From Octopus vulgaris (Eukaryota): DNA of 64,000 bases. The notes under the pieces were generated by a model, which was given only the letters and a program-made list of their open reading frames with translations, was not told the origin of the DNA and did not search any database. Below are positions 42,628 through 57,983 of this stretch, piece by piece (the first letter of the stretch is position 1; every line of letters starts with the position of its first letter). The DNA is taken from positions 1,612,001 through 1,676,000 of the forward strand of contig OX597819.1 of the NCBI GenBank assembly GCA_951406725.2, read 5' to 3'. Made by a program: the position numbers and the translations under genes.

Positions 42628-43162
42628 AGTGAGAGGGCAGTGCATGCCATCTAAGTGACACGAGAAAAATATACGAAGTTCCGTATACCCATCAAGGGTA
42701 CACCAGACACATGCGTCACAGCAGTGTGTGCGCGACATAGTGATCTCATATCAAAATTTACAGTGCATGACCTTGCAGGTGGGACCCGGTTAGAATTTTC
42801 TTCAGGTCGTGTAGACCATCCCGATCAAAAGTTCCCTGAATAAGAGTTGTTTGAGGATGTTGAACGAAACACCCACATTTCCAAACCCCAAATTATCCAA
42901 ACCCCAAAGAATCCCTCTCAACACATGGCTATGATGCTCCCCCACTACTTCTGCTTGTGATCAGAGAAGCACATATCGTCAAGCACTAAGGGACATGCTC
43001 AACTGGTTAAGGGCAAACAACTGACAAGCAAATCTGTGGTGTTGAGCAGAATATTTGATGTAGCCCATCTTTTATACCAACACAAAACAATGTACTTGAT
43101 AATACTTCCAATCAGTTAAGATAAGAAGCCATGAGATTCACTGCCTGGTATTGCATCAGAGC

Positions 43163-43166
<4 letters not shown>
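42626..43166 (-). mobile_element. About 540-bp non-coding interspersed repeat flanked by (AAT)n; possibly the 5' UTR of the Dong-like LINE or a non-autonomous derivative
   Basis: GC-richer block bounded by (ATT)n on both sides and lying upstream, on the minus strand, of the 40448-42275 LINE ORF. Confidence 0.5.
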
Positions 43167-43226
<60 letters not shown>

Positions 43227-43529
43227 GGTTGTAATTGTAGTAGTAATAACAATACGCACCTTAAACATTGCCGCCATATAAGCTGAATTAAAGAGAAATA
43301 CGACCTCCCTCTATCTATAAAAAGTGTATAGTTGCTCGATTTCCTCAATTTCCGAACGCTTTTTTGATGGTTGTACGCAATTTTACAAAATCAGTCTCAC
43401 CAATTACTGCAGCTGAATGAGAATATTACTCTACATGCTAGAGTAATATTCCGTTCTATTTTATGATAATGCCATGTACATAAAGAAAACTCACAAACGC
43501 CCATTTCCATATCTCTTTCTCTCTTTCTC

Positions 43530-43660
43530 TTTTACTTGTTTCAGTCATTTGACTGTGGCCATGCTGGAGCACCGCCTTTAGTCGAGCAACTCGACCCTGG
43601 GACTTATTCTTTTTGTAAGCCCAGTACTTATTCTATCGGTCTCTTTTTGCCGAACCGCTA
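43530..43660 (-). mobile_element. SINE 3' fragment
   Basis: ttttacttgtttcagtcatttgactgtggccatgctggagcaccgcc..gccgaaccgcta is the reverse complement of the tail of 46793-47240. Confidence 0.8.
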
Positions 43661-44461
43661 TGAGCATGCGTTCGAAGGACTAGGGTGAAATGAACGACAT
43701 TATTGGAGTGTATAAATCTAATCTGTTTACATTCCTAATTTCCTTATGTTATGCCAGATTGCTACAAGAATAGTAATTTACGAATAAAGCGGAACATTTA
43801 CTATAAAATTTCGGAAAGAACGTTGTAATGTTACCAGGAACTTAAACGTTACTGTTGAAGCTACTTTTTGGATATCAGTCATAATCTAACAACTCTCTGT
43901 TCTCACAAGTTTTTTTCAGTTGTGTAGAATGTAATTCACTGCGACGTTAGATTTAACGAGACCGACACATCTCACCATCCCGGTTTTCTGTTCAAAATTG
44001 TCCTGAAAATTTCGATAGATTGATTTTGTTGGAGTTATTTTAACTTGCTTTTAGATTTTGACAGCCCTAGAAGATTTTGTCGATTATGTACTCACTTAAC
44101 CACGAAAGCACACAAAAAATACGTATACAATATATTTGTATAGATTTGTAATTTTATACAATTTACGAGCACCCAATCGCTTCCTCTTTCAATTTCTCCA
44201 AAGTTTAAAAAATCTAGTAAGATTTCTTACATATTCTTCTCTCTCTTCCCCACGTATATCCCCCGTCCCCCCCCCCCCGCTTCTTTAGCGCCCATTCTGT
44301 TTTTCTAACACAATCTTTAATTGAAATGAATTAACAATTATTTTCCCCTCCGATCAATAATTCTGCTGGAAACGTTAGACTTATTACTTCCAGAATACAA
44401 TGATTCACTGTTTGACTGAAGTAATTTTACAAATTCATTAACTAATTAATGTATATATGTA

Positions 44462-44770
44462 CAGGGTGCAGGTGTGGTTGTGTGGTTAGAAGCTTGCTTC
44501 CCAACCACATTGTGACACTATGAGAAAGTGACTTTTACCACGCCGTGGGCCAACCAGAAAGAAGTCCGTCCTATACATGTATTTATATATGTGTGTGAAT
44601 GCGTCCCACCACCACTTGACAACCGGTGTTAGTGTGCTTACATCCTCGATAGAATATGTACCAAGCTTTAAAAAGGACTGGGGTCGATAAATTTGACTTA
44701 AATAATCTTCAAAGTAGTGCCTTTGGATGGCTGCAGGATAATCACTGAAACAGAGAAAAAGATACAAAAA
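44462..44770 (+). mobile_element. tRNA-derived SINE with internal deletions
   Basis: gggtgcaggtgtggttgtgtggttagaagcttgcttcccaaccacat head, collinear with 46793-47240. Confidence 0.75.
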
Positions 44771-45410
44771 GTATAAACTTCATCCAGATAGATTTGCCAT
44801 GCCAAGGTTTATTTCTGGTTGATTATTTGTAAATTCCTTACGCACAATACGATAATATTCATTTAGTCATTATAATCATATTTAGGCTCAATTTAGGATA
44901 TCAGTAAACCTTAATAACTTATTTTGGTCCACAATAAGCTCGAAGAACTATTAACAGGTGTCATTTTAATCGCTAGAACGGATACAAAAATATTTGATTA
45001 ATGTGTGCTTGTGTGTTTGTATGCATTATATGTATATGTAGTTTACTGAAACTGCTTATTTTTTCAATCTCGCGCTACGAGTCGCCCGTCAGCACGCTAG
45101 TCTGGGAAGAAGTGTTAACTTGGTACATTCACATTCGGCTGCTCAGTCAGAAGCAAGAGATATCGCTTCTGTCTGAGCAATATTGGTTGGCTTTTGCGTT
45201 TGCTGATTGGCTGTTATTTTTCATCTTATCATTCTTATTTTGCTGACGGGGTCGTGTTATTAATTCGTTTTATTGTTTTATCCTGATTGGCATGTGTGTT
45301 AAGTAGATTTATCCATTAATTTAATTATGACTTATTGTCTGGTTCTTTGGTCAAGTTTGCTTATATACGGTTGCCCATATACGTGTATGTGTATTTCTGC
45401 GTGTGTGTAT

Positions 45411-45474
<64 letters not shown>

Positions 45475-45488
45475 GCATGTATGTATGT

Positions 45489-45520
<32 letters not shown>

Positions 45521-46792
45521 CGTATTATGCTGGTGGATGTTGATATCATGGTAGAATGGTTTTGTTAGTGAGAACATTGCTTTGGTCAGTGGTAGGAAAT
45601 ATAAACGACTGTTGGCCTTGTTAGATATATCAGTTATGCTAATTAATAGAATATTTATATAATGGTTAATTTTAGCAGTAAGTGGTACTTCATGGTTGAG
45701 TGGCTCCTGCTAACACATTTGAATTTTGTTATGATAAAGAATGAAGGAGTTTTTATAAACTGAGAATTTTGGTACGGCTTACTGAATTGGAGTGAAATGA
45801 AAACACTATTGCCGCAAATATTAAACACGGAATAAAAGATAGAACAATACACCCAAGTGGTTCCAGAAACTGTTTTCCCATGCTGCCCAAATGAAAAAAA
45901 AACTTCACAAAAAGATTCTAATTAATAAAGATGAATGAAACTATATCACGCTACCGACATCAAAATGTATTCCTCTCAAATCCTTTTGTCCGCAATCTAA
46001 ACTGGATATCAAATACCAGATCGTAAACGAAAACAAGTGAGAGAACACATTCAAACCGTCGGATACAAATATACAACCAAAGGGAACTAATAACAGTTCT
46101 AGCCTGAAAATCATGGTGGCAGGACATTCTTGGCGTAAGATGACCATTACATATCAATAAACTAAACACACGCTACTGAATAAAATAAGTACTCTTCTCA
46201 TTTGTTCAACATAATCTCTGGTTTGAATACACACATATATACATACATGCATGTATACAAATATATACGAATATACATATACATATACATAAATATATAT
46301 ATGTATCTGTGTGTATATGTATGTATGTATATGTGTGTGTGTAAGTATGTATGCATATATGCGATTATATGTGTATGTGTATATGAATACTGAAGAATGG
46401 AGTGCTAAATACAAGAATGAAATTAAACTTAGGTTCTATGTACTATTATGATATTGTAAGTTTTTTAAAAAAACTTATAAGTTCAGATATAGCTTACATT
46501 TTTAAAAGCATATAAACAACGTAGAAATATCTGTTTTGGTTATGTGAAGACAAAAAATCAATCTGTGTGAGGATAAAAAATATTCGATTAACGTAAATTA
46601 GAAAAAAATCACATATTGATAGCACAACTCCGGTTCATTTCATGAAATCTTCAACCAACTCTTCAACAAGTCTAATAAGAAAAAATGGCATGGCATAACT
46701 TATCCGTGTTTTGCAGTATCGACACCGAGGTTGTGAATAATTTGTTCTAAATTTTTATTATTTATGCTCACTACAATTGTTAATAGACACAA

Positions 46793-47240
46793 TAGGCGCA
46801 GGTTTGGCTGAATGGTAAGAAGCTTGCTTCCCAACCACATGGTTCAGGATTCAGACCCCCTACGTGGCACCTTGGATAAATGTTTTCTAATATAGTCCCG
46901 GACCGACGGAAACCTTGTGAGTGGATTTGATAGACGGAACTGAAAGGAACCCGTCGTATATATACATACACACATACATACATGTATATATATACATGCA
47001 TACATGTGTGTGTGTTTCTTTGTATCTGTTTTTGTCCACCACCACAACTTGACAACCAGTGTCGGTGTGTTTACGTCCATGTAACTTAGCGGTTCAGCAA
47101 AAGATACGATAGAATAACTACTAGGGTTAAAGAATAAGTCCAGGAGTAGATTTGTTCGGCGAAAACTTTTCAAGGCGATGCCCCACCATGGTCGCAGTCA
47201 AATGATCGAAACAAGTTAAAGATAAAAGATAAAAGAAAAG
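46793..47240 (+). mobile_element. Full-length tRNA-derived SINE with internal (TA/TG)n
   Basis: taggcgcaggtttggctgaatggtaag (A box), ggattcagacccc (B-box-like), cttggataaatgttttct core, and an (AAAAG)n tail. Confidence 0.85.
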
Positions 47241-48577
47241 GTATGATAATATAAAATATACACAATTTATTTTAATCCAATTCAGGTTGATCTCTAAATA
47301 ACCGTAATCTTTAAAAACAATTATCCGTCGATTATGTCTAATTCTATAAGCTAATATGATCAACGGACAGCTTTTAATTGTTTCTAAGAATATTAAACTG
47401 TATATCTATGACGTTTGTAATGGTCTAAAGAATCCAAAGGCAAAACATTTAATAACGATTGTAAAGTGCAGTTATACAATATATATGTGTGTGCATGTGT
47501 GTGTACACCAAGTTGTGGTTCAGTTAGTGTGTGTATGATGTTCTTTTGCTCGATTTTCTCATTACAACCACTTCTTGGTATGATCCATGTCATAAGGTCG
47601 ATTTCGTTTTGTCCTCTTTGTGCTATTGAAAAGAATTCTTAATGTTGACAGAAATTTGGATTTCTTTATAGGAGTATGTTGGCTGTATTTGAACGCTTAA
47701 ATTTTCTTTGATCGGTGTTAATTATTATAACCTAGTTTTGTTCCTAAGACTGCCTTTTTAATTTCATCTAAACGTAGCCATGCAATAGTCATTTCTGGTT
47801 GAAGAAACCGAAAACACCAACGTAGCATCAACTAAGGGAGGTACTATTGCTAGTTCGTTTGTTAAGGCTTTTAAATTAAAATAACATGGAGAAATCGAAG
47901 AATGGAGCGTTTTCATTTACATTCCACCATGAACTTTTGATATATGTGTGGTATCCTAATGTTATAATTTGGAAAGAAAAGTTTTCCTGAATTCAGAATA
48001 AGATATTTAAATATAAAAAGTTAGACGTCCGTTATATAATATTGTATGAATAATACGAAAACATGTTATAAGTTCGTTGTGCTAATACTTGAGCGTTTTT
48101 AGATTAAGGTTAATCGAAATGATAACACATTTGCGTTCTAAACCCCAGTTGTGGTTTGCTATATTTTTAAAAATCTATGTCTGGTATTGTATAGAAATTG
48201 TCAATGATCCTTAAAAGTAAAATAAGTAGACGCAGAGTGTGGCCTCCTTTCACGCAGCATTCTGTCTTTAGCTGGGAACATTAGTGTTTTCTCTTCTGCA
48301 TGTATGATATTGTAGGTTGCGGGCAATTTTTTTAATGTTTTCGGACAATAGATTAGTGTGTGGCATTTCTTTTGCTTGGTACGCTTGTGAATAAGAGGAG
48401 ATATTCAAATGATTACATGTTAGGATAGGATTTAAGACGTTCCATATGGCCACTTAGGAGGGTTTATGATCACTTTCAGAGTTGAAATATACATACATAC
48501 ATACGTACATGCATACATACATGAATACGTACATTCACATTCATACACACATACACATATACATACATATTTGTCTG

Positions 48578-48624
<47 letters not shown>

Positions 48625-48677
48625 ATATCTATCTATCTATCTATATAACAAGTTTAAAATAATAGTCATTACAAACG

Positions 48678-48762
<85 letters not shown>

Positions 48763-49132
48763 AAAGACAAACCAAGTAACGGTATTTTGAATGCATTTAA
48801 TGCTTACGTGTCAGATAATTGCGCAAAAGAAAAAGAAGAAATTTCATCTCACGTAAAAGCTTCAAACGTCAAGACATATAAAAATATTTTGATATATCTA
48901 AACTGAGGAAGATTTTGCGTAATAGGTGAAATTCTCTTTTTATCTATTGTACAATAATCTGAAATGCACGTATTAACTAGATTCGAAATATTATACGCAC
49001 CACGACTCTACGCCAGTTCAAGCTAGCCAGTTGTAGCTCCATCCACACGAATTCTATAACAACGAGTAGAAGGGTTCTGTTCTATTCAACTTCAGTCAGA
49101 AATGCCGCTGACAGGCATTGATTCTAACTTAA

Positions 49133-49262
<130 letters not shown>

Positions 49263-49265
49263 ATG

Positions 49266-49316
<51 letters not shown>

Positions 49317-49506
49317 TGGAGATTTCCTCTATACCGACCACTGGAAATTCAGAAGTGTAAGGTACTATATCGAAGAAGAACCAATGATAAACACTAGTGC
49401 ATATGCACATGTAGAATTTGCAGTATCGTTAATCGATACAGAGCTAAACTGACGTACGCTTGGATAAAATTTATACCTAGTAAAGCACAACCTCTTTCCA
49501 TACAGA

Positions 49507-49556
<50 letters not shown>

Positions 49557-50075
49557 TGTATGTATACATGCATATACACACACATGCATACATATACATG
49601 TATGTGTGTCTGTGTGTATATGAGTGCGTGAATGTATGTGTGTCTGTGTGTATATGAGTGCGTGAATGTATGTGTGTGTATATGCTCTTCATTTGCTTTC
49701 CACATTGTACTTTTAGTCAACAAGGGAATTTCAGAACTATATAATACTTGGTAAAAAGGGTGTATTTTCAAATGAGATCAGTACCATGGCCTAGTGCAAT
49801 GCGAACCCCAAAAGGTTTCGAAGATCGAAAATAAATATAATTAAATTTGGACGTAAATACGGTAGATTTATTTGCTATATGAATAAAACCTGGAAACCAC
49901 GGATGTATGTATGTATGTATGTATGTATGTATGTATGTATGTATGTATGTATGTATGTATGTATGTGTGTGTGTGTATGTATGTATGTATGTATGTATGT
50001 ATGTATGTATGTGTGTGTGTATGTATGTATGTATGTATGTATGTATGTATGTATGTATGTGTGTATGTATGTATG

Positions 50076-50106
<31 letters not shown>

Positions 50107-52480
50107 CTTAATTCCTTGCATGAAATGTTAATTATCAGGAATATCAGATACTTTTAACACAGTCTTTACAATGACTAAATGTTTCCAAAACCCAACAGTT
50201 TATACCGTTCACTCATTCACATAAGTCTAAAAGCCGCTTCTGTTATTCCTTGTATAAATATTACATTAGTTATAGTCGTATGTACATATGATTCTGTAAA
50301 ATGGCTCTTTTGTTAAATTTTGACTGCTACAATTTCTCTAACTTTTGATGTTATTACTCTCTCTCAGCGTCTGTTTTTTGGACCTACGCTAAATCAAGCA
50401 TTTCTGCTTCCTATTCATCTCTCTGTAGTCTATGATATCACCGTTTCAAACTCTCTCTGGCAGCTGTAACCACCCTAAATCTGCAAGATATTTTTCTTTT
50501 TAAACTTGGTGAGAATGATTTGTTTTTCGCTTTCAATTGAGGCATTAACTATCAATATTGCATATTTAATTGTAGCCTCAAATGCTGTTGGTTTTCATTG
50601 GCAGCTAATATTTCTTTCGAAGAGCAATACATTGCTGTCTTAGCTGATATAACTAATCATATTTTGTATGTTGCCTCTAAGGTGCTAAGAGGCAGCATAT
50701 ACCAGTGTTTCAGTATTTTAAATTTTCTTTGAAAATATTTGTTAAAACCTGAGTTGCATTTTCACTCTGTATTTTTATTGTGCATGCATATAAATTGATT
50801 GAATGAATTTAGAGATATATTTAACAAAAACAAACCATATTATAAATTTATTGGAGACTAATTGATGTACGATTTCAATCATGTATGGTGGCCACAAATT
50901 ATTGTCTTAGTGTATATAAGAATGCATAAAATCCGAGTACATTTTATTTCTGTTTATTTATTGATTTTAATAATCATAAGATCGAAGAAGTCACTTTTCA
51001 GGCAGGGTTTCTTTCCATGCTGATGCCAGTGCACGTGGTTTGTCGATCAGATGCATAAGTCACAGATGATAAGTAAATTTTAGCATAATACTTTTTATGG
51101 TATATTATACAGTTTCAGTGGAAATGGATAGATGAAGGTACCTAGGTGTGTTATGGTACTCTAAGAAGTTATCACTGCGACAAGGTTGCGATGTATTAAA
51201 AGAATCTTGAGATGATTATGATTATAATGAAAATTATAATGAAAGTGTTAGAAATAAGAGAAATTATGTATACACTATACTGTAAACGGGTTTATGCAAA
51301 CACTCGTGCAATACTTCCACGTACAAACATGCACACATTTATAAGTAAATTTATATGTTAAAATAAATGTATGTTTAAAAGTTTTGAATGAACATAAAGC
51401 ATGACGAATTTTTATGTCTCATTTGTGACAACTTATCGTGTTCTGGTTCTACTAAATCGTTTCAGGTAGATTTTATGTTATTTTCTTTGATTCACTGATC
51501 TTGGAAGAAAACTACAAATAAATAATTGTATAAATAGATACATACTTAATACTTTTATTAATATTTCAGCAGTTGCAACTATGTATAATAGTTCAACATC
51601 ATATAAAGTTTATCATACATTTCCCTACGACCATAATTACACCCACCATCATGGATTTCTACTCCCGATTCCTTTCCTGCCGCCTGCCTCTGATTTCCGG
51701 CTGGTTCCCTGCAGTTATTGGCACTCCAGAGGCGCGCTGGTCTGCTAGCAATCTATCGTGGTTATGTCATGTCCGCCACCACGCTGGTATGCTAACAGTC
51801 TATCGTGGCTACTACTCAGCCTGTGTACTTCGTCATATCTTCTACGTGACATTTATTATACCACTTCACGACGATCTCTTCTACCAAGTTAAAATTAGCA
51901 AATATTAATCCACAGGGACACTTATACTCTTGTCAAATCTGGAAAATTACTGGAGCATGTTTGGCCTAGATTAGTAGTTGTTCCGACGAAGAAAAACTTA
52001 TCATTGTACCAACTAATATCAATTTGATATAAATTTATATTTGATTCTTGTGGAATATCTTGTACTTGTTAAGAGAACCTTAATTAGGACTTTCATAACT
52101 TCATAAATGACAATGATATAAAGAATTATATTCTTACAAAGTGAGATGATATGACAAATCAGTTACACCTATACAGAACAACAATCTAAACAGATTAAGG
52201 ATATTCATATAGTTATTCGAACATAAAAAAATATATGTTGGACAGGCATAAAGTTAAGAATACGTATGTTATTGGAAAAACAATAAATGTTGGTTCACGA
52301 ATGTTGTGGCAGATATTTTGGAGATGTTTTTCGATTTTTATACTTCTTACAAAGATATATAGTATATTTGTAGAAATATCAGATTGAGAAATAAGATTAA
52401 GGAACACTGCTTTGAAGCAGTTTTTATGCAAGTATAGATATATCTTCCAAATTCCTATTCACAACATAAACTTGCACATC

Positions 52481-52544
<64 letters not shown>

Positions 52545-52604
52545 GTCTATATGTATATATACTTATATATACATATATATATCTATATACGGATACATCT
52601 ATAT

Positions 52605-52646
<42 letters not shown>

Positions 52647-54224
52647 CTATATGTGTATATACTTATATATATATATATATATCTATATACGGATATATAT
52701 ATATATAAATACATATAACATACATATATATATACATATATGCATGTATATATATTGAGAGAAAGAGAGAGAGGGGATGCAGTGAGAAAGATACATATTT
52801 TGGATATGCACGAATGTATGTGTCAAAATATTTTATATATCTATGTCATTCTATATAAATACATGTATATAATATATATTATATATCGATATTTTTTATT
52901 AGTATGTCCATACATACATACATGCCGCACACGTATATACGCATATATTTACATACACGTATGCAATTTGTATAACTCCGTTATATACATGTATGCATAT
53001 GTCTCTATGTGTGTGTGTATGTGTGTATATATATATATATATAAACATATATAAACACACACATATATATGTGTGTGTGAACGCCTATCTCAAAGACCGA
53101 GCTTCAAAGGACCCAATGAATCATAGTATATAAAGCTAGAAAGCCTGAATACTCAAACACCGAATTTTGAAAGATTTGGGGCAAAATATCTTTAAAAGAC
53201 GTTTATTTAGATTTTAAAAGGTAGTTTATTTTACTGAGTTATTATTGTATATTTATTGTTTTTAATATGCTACAATAGAATAATAACAAGCAGAATATGG
53301 TGAGCATATTTACTCAGTAAAAAGAAAAAGTAAATACGAAGAAAATGCATATTGCGGCCAGGAATACAATTTCGAAGACAGAAGCAAAAACTAAAATGGT
53401 GTATTTATTGAATACTGTCTTCTTTATATTCTAATTATTGCACATTTTCCTTCTTGGCTTTCAATGCAAACCCAAATGAACCAGACGATTAAGCAATATT
53501 AACACATTGGTATTACATAGTGAAAGAATAACAGCTAATACGAAAATGAGCACGAGACTTCAGTCGTTACAAAATTTAGCATTTTAATCGTATCGTAGGC
53601 TTATGTTTGTATAAAAAGAAGGAAAATAAGCAATAATGAGAGAATTTAGAGAACAGTAGTATTCGACAGGCAAACTATTTGAGGGTCAGTTTGTTTTTAA
53701 TAGCGTATCTCTGCCATACATGTTTATATTTATTGTAAAGAAAATACGTTCAGCTTATCAGGATTACCTTCGTTATTTTGACACAATATAAAAAAAGAAT
53801 TACAAATAAAAGCTTTTTTTTTTAAACTGTATGTTTTTAATAACGTTTCTTTTGACATTTTATATTAAAATATCTATTTCAATGTAAGGTAATAAAAAAG
53901 TAATTTACATCATTCCCAAATAAACTCACACTTAAAAAGGTAATTAAATCACTTTTAGGGCATTTCTTCATATTTTCTTCTAAAATGTTTCAAAAGTCGA
54001 TGTTTTAAGTATTCAGGATTTCAACTTTTCGATTATTCTGAATTTTCGTTATTTGAACATCGAACTTCTCACCTTCTCACTTCTCACTTTTGGCCTTATG
54101 AGCTAAACATATGTATACATACATACATACATACATACATACATACATACATACATACCTACATACATACATACGCACACATATATTTATGAATCTCTCT
54201 CTCTCTAAAAATATATATATATAT

Positions 54225-54290
<66 letters not shown>

Positions 54291-54523
54291 ATGTATACAA
54301 TCACACACATCCACGTACACAGGCACAGAAACAGGCAGACACACACACACGCATGTATATATAATTTTAATAGCCACAATTTTCGAGACGATCGAAGGGC
54401 AGTTTCGTTCAAGGCCCATAATGAAACTCTGCCGAATAAAAAATTATAAATGTTTATATATATATATATGTGTGTGTGCAAACTTATACATATACATATA
54501 TATGTATAAACGTATATACCCCC

Positions 54524-54576
<53 letters not shown>

Positions 54577-55112
54577 CTTGTACATATATATGTATGAACA
54601 TATATATATATATATAGAAATAGATGGATAGATCGATAATGTGTTAATATGTATATACTATTTCCAAACTTTTTACATGTGGCCACACACACACATACAT
54701 ACGTACACACACACGCGCGCATTTATAAATAAAGAAATAAATGATATATATATGCTATTTTCCGTCATAAATATATACACCAAACAATTATATTTAAATG
54801 CATACAACAACGTTCTTGAATCGAATGTCCCTGAGTCCAGAAATCCGAAATTTCTTTTCAATTGTTATATGACTATAGTGTAAATAGTTATAATTTGCAT
54901 ATTTAATATTTTAGTAAGAAAGCTTTGCTGTTTCTAATCATAGATGTATGTATGTATGTATGTATGTATGTATGTATGTATGTATGTATGTATGTATGTA
55001 TGTATGTATGTGTGTATGTATGTGTGTATGTATGTGTGTATGTATGTATGTATGTATGTATGTGTATGTATGTATGTGTGAATGTATGTATGAATGTATG
55101 TATGTGTGTATG

Positions 55113-55143
<31 letters not shown>

Positions 55144-55801
55144 TTCATATTTTTACGGATTATTTTCCTTGTAAGCCCTTTTCTCATGGTTTGGTTACTA
55201 TCATATTTAAGTGTGAATGCATTTATTGAGAATAAAAATGCAAGTATATAATTGCTTCTGGTCTCTGTGTTCTATCAGTGGCTATCATCTGAAATACAAG
55301 ATGTACAATATCTCATATTAACAAGAGAAATTTCTATGTTACTTCTATGCGTTTCTTTTCGGATTTGTCCATCATTTTACTCTTGTGAAAGGAATCTCTC
55401 TATCGCATTACTTATTTCGTAGCTAAATTAGTTATAAAGATAATTGAAATTCAACAGTAGAATCACGTATCATCTATTTCATGCTTATTTTGGAGCAATA
55501 AAGGTAATATAAATCATAATTTTAGTCAAAATATAAGTATCTAAGTTTATATCATGATTCTTTCAATATATCAAGTTGAAGATTACTTATGTTGTATGCA
55601 TTTAAAGTGAGATAGTAATTGATTTCATAGTTTTTAATCAATAAGATAGATAAAATTTGTCAAATGAAATAGCGAGACACTAAGAGAAGTATATTGAATA
55701 TACTCTCGGAATTTTCTTATTAAATTAGAAAGAGATATAAAATGTCGAATTCCTTAATGTTTTCATTCCATCGCCTTTGAAGGGATTTGTTTTTCGATTT
55801 C

Positions 55802-55930
<129 letters not shown>

Positions 55931-56105
55931 CAAGTAGGAAAGTGGCATAAAACCTAGTTGAGTGCAGCTCCAGAAAACAGTATTAAGAACATCTAGGGTT
56001 CTTAGGAAGGTTCTCGGCATCTAAGGTTACTCATTGTAGTCCACTGTTATGAATTTTCTTTTTTTACAGCAGTCTAAGCTGTTGTGCTTATATGAAATAA
56101 AAATG
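55931..56105 (+). mobile_element. 5'-truncated R4/Dong-like LINE 3' end next to (TAA)n
   Basis: VQLQKTVLRTSRVLRKVLGI* C-terminus plus 3' UTR, directly after about 125 bp of (AAT)n. Confidence 0.7.
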
Positions 56106-56109
56106 ATAG

Positions 56110-56250
56110 CTGTTTCTAATTTGAGGACAAGATCAGCAGTCTTGAGGGAAGGTATTAGTCGACGCCATCGACTGCAGTAACTGGCAGGTACTTTATTTAT
56201 ATGGCTACGGGGAGACGAAGGACAAACTTGATGTCAGTGAAATTTGAACT
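56110..56250 (-). mobile_element. Old OR-like SINE fragment
   Basis: gtcgacgccatcgactgcagtaactggcaggtactttattt..gacaaacttgatgtcagtgaaatttgaact is a diverged core. Confidence 0.55.
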
Positions 56251-56910
56251 GACGACAAAACAATTATTGTTATACAATTTGGTCAAAATCTTGTATTAGT
56301 CATTTCGTATTTATTTCGTATTAATGTATATAATGAAACTTTTAATTACCTTCATAACTGTGAAATGCATATGATATAAATGAAATATTTTCGACAGTTG
56401 AATTATTTCAGATACCATTTAGGGAATGTATTTCCTTTTATAAGAGTATATAAAAACCGAATGAAAGTGGCTAAAATGCCCAAGAATATTCTGTACATAA
56501 TTGAATTTGAGAAAGGCCATCAAATCCTGAATTGGGAAAGAGAAGAGAATATTCTCACTCTTTTTTTCCTCTCTCTGTATATATATATATATACATATGT
56601 GTGTGTGTTTATCCCTCTCTCTCCCCTCTGCCTCACATTTTCTGTTTTTCTCATTCTCTTTCTAGCTTTTAGATAATATTCTGTGATGGAGAGACATCAA
56701 CCTTTCTCACCTTCTTTCTATCTCTCTCCCTCCTCTCTGCACCCCCTAACCTCTTTAGTTAACACTTCATAAAATACAATAGCATTTCACTGATTTCAGT
56801 AAATAATGTTCAATTTCATATCGCGCTCGAGAATGTCAAAATACGTGTACATCATCACCAATACCTTGAAATAAAGCGCATTAGATTAAACATGATTTTA
56901 CAATTGAATT

Positions 56911-56962
<52 letters not shown>

Positions 56963-57028
56963 GCTCCAAAATAAGTAAATATGAAACGGCCTCGTATATA
57001 TATATATGCATATATATATAATTATATA

Positions 57029-57091
<63 letters not shown>

Positions 57092-57170
57092 GTATATGTA
57101 TGTATATATATATATATATATATGTATATACACATACATACATACATACATGCATACATACATACATACA

Positions 57171-57202
<32 letters not shown>

Positions 57203-57346
57203 CTCCTATTTGGTATATATTCTACGTATTCTATTCGCCACCCTGGTAAGCTAAAGGAAATATAAGGACGGGATTTAAACGTATCAAAGGAACTTATTAC
57301 ACTAATGCAGGTATAATCGCACACAGAAACATACATTTCCATATAT

Positions 57347-57406
<60 letters not shown>

Positions 57407-57487
57407 CCACCGAATTATCTCACCAAGTGCAGTGTCTTGTGGCTCTGCTAGAAGGTACAGGCTGAAGGCACCACGCATATATATATG

Positions 57488-57529
<42 letters not shown>

Positions 57530-57712
57530 TAGATAGATAGATAGATAGATACATACATACATACATACATACATACATACATACATACATACGCACACTC
57601 ACACGTTCACACACATATATACAATGTAAAACTTTACATAAATTTATAAATGTATATTTAAATATATTTATAAAAATCTAAATATATAGAATGACAGACG
57701 GGCATGTGTGGG

Positions 57713-57758
<46 letters not shown>

Positions 57759-57777
57759 CGTATATGGCATATATATA

Positions 57778-57890
57778 CATAGGCGTATATGGCATTGGGA
57801 GACACCAAAACAAAACGTCCATATCGTTTTCTCAGAGAAAACGATATGGACGTTTTGTTTCGGTGTCTCGCAATGCCATATATGCCTATG
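57778..57890. repeat. Near-perfect 113-bp palindrome (56-bp arms, 1-nt spacer)
   Basis: cataggcgtatatggcattgggagacaccaaaacaaaacgtccatatcgttttctc, then A, then its reverse complement with 3 mismatches. Confidence 0.95.
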
Positions 57891-57983
57891 TGGAGTTACT
57901 TTCCCAATGAAACTCGGTTTTTTCCCAAACCTTTTCTCAAACCTGCTATAATGTGATATATGTCCTTGGTGTGGTAATTGTAC

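Noticed and set aside
43140-43166. Minus-strand CTGATGCA as a hammerhead core
   Set aside because: Lacks CUGANGA and a properly placed GAAA/stem II.
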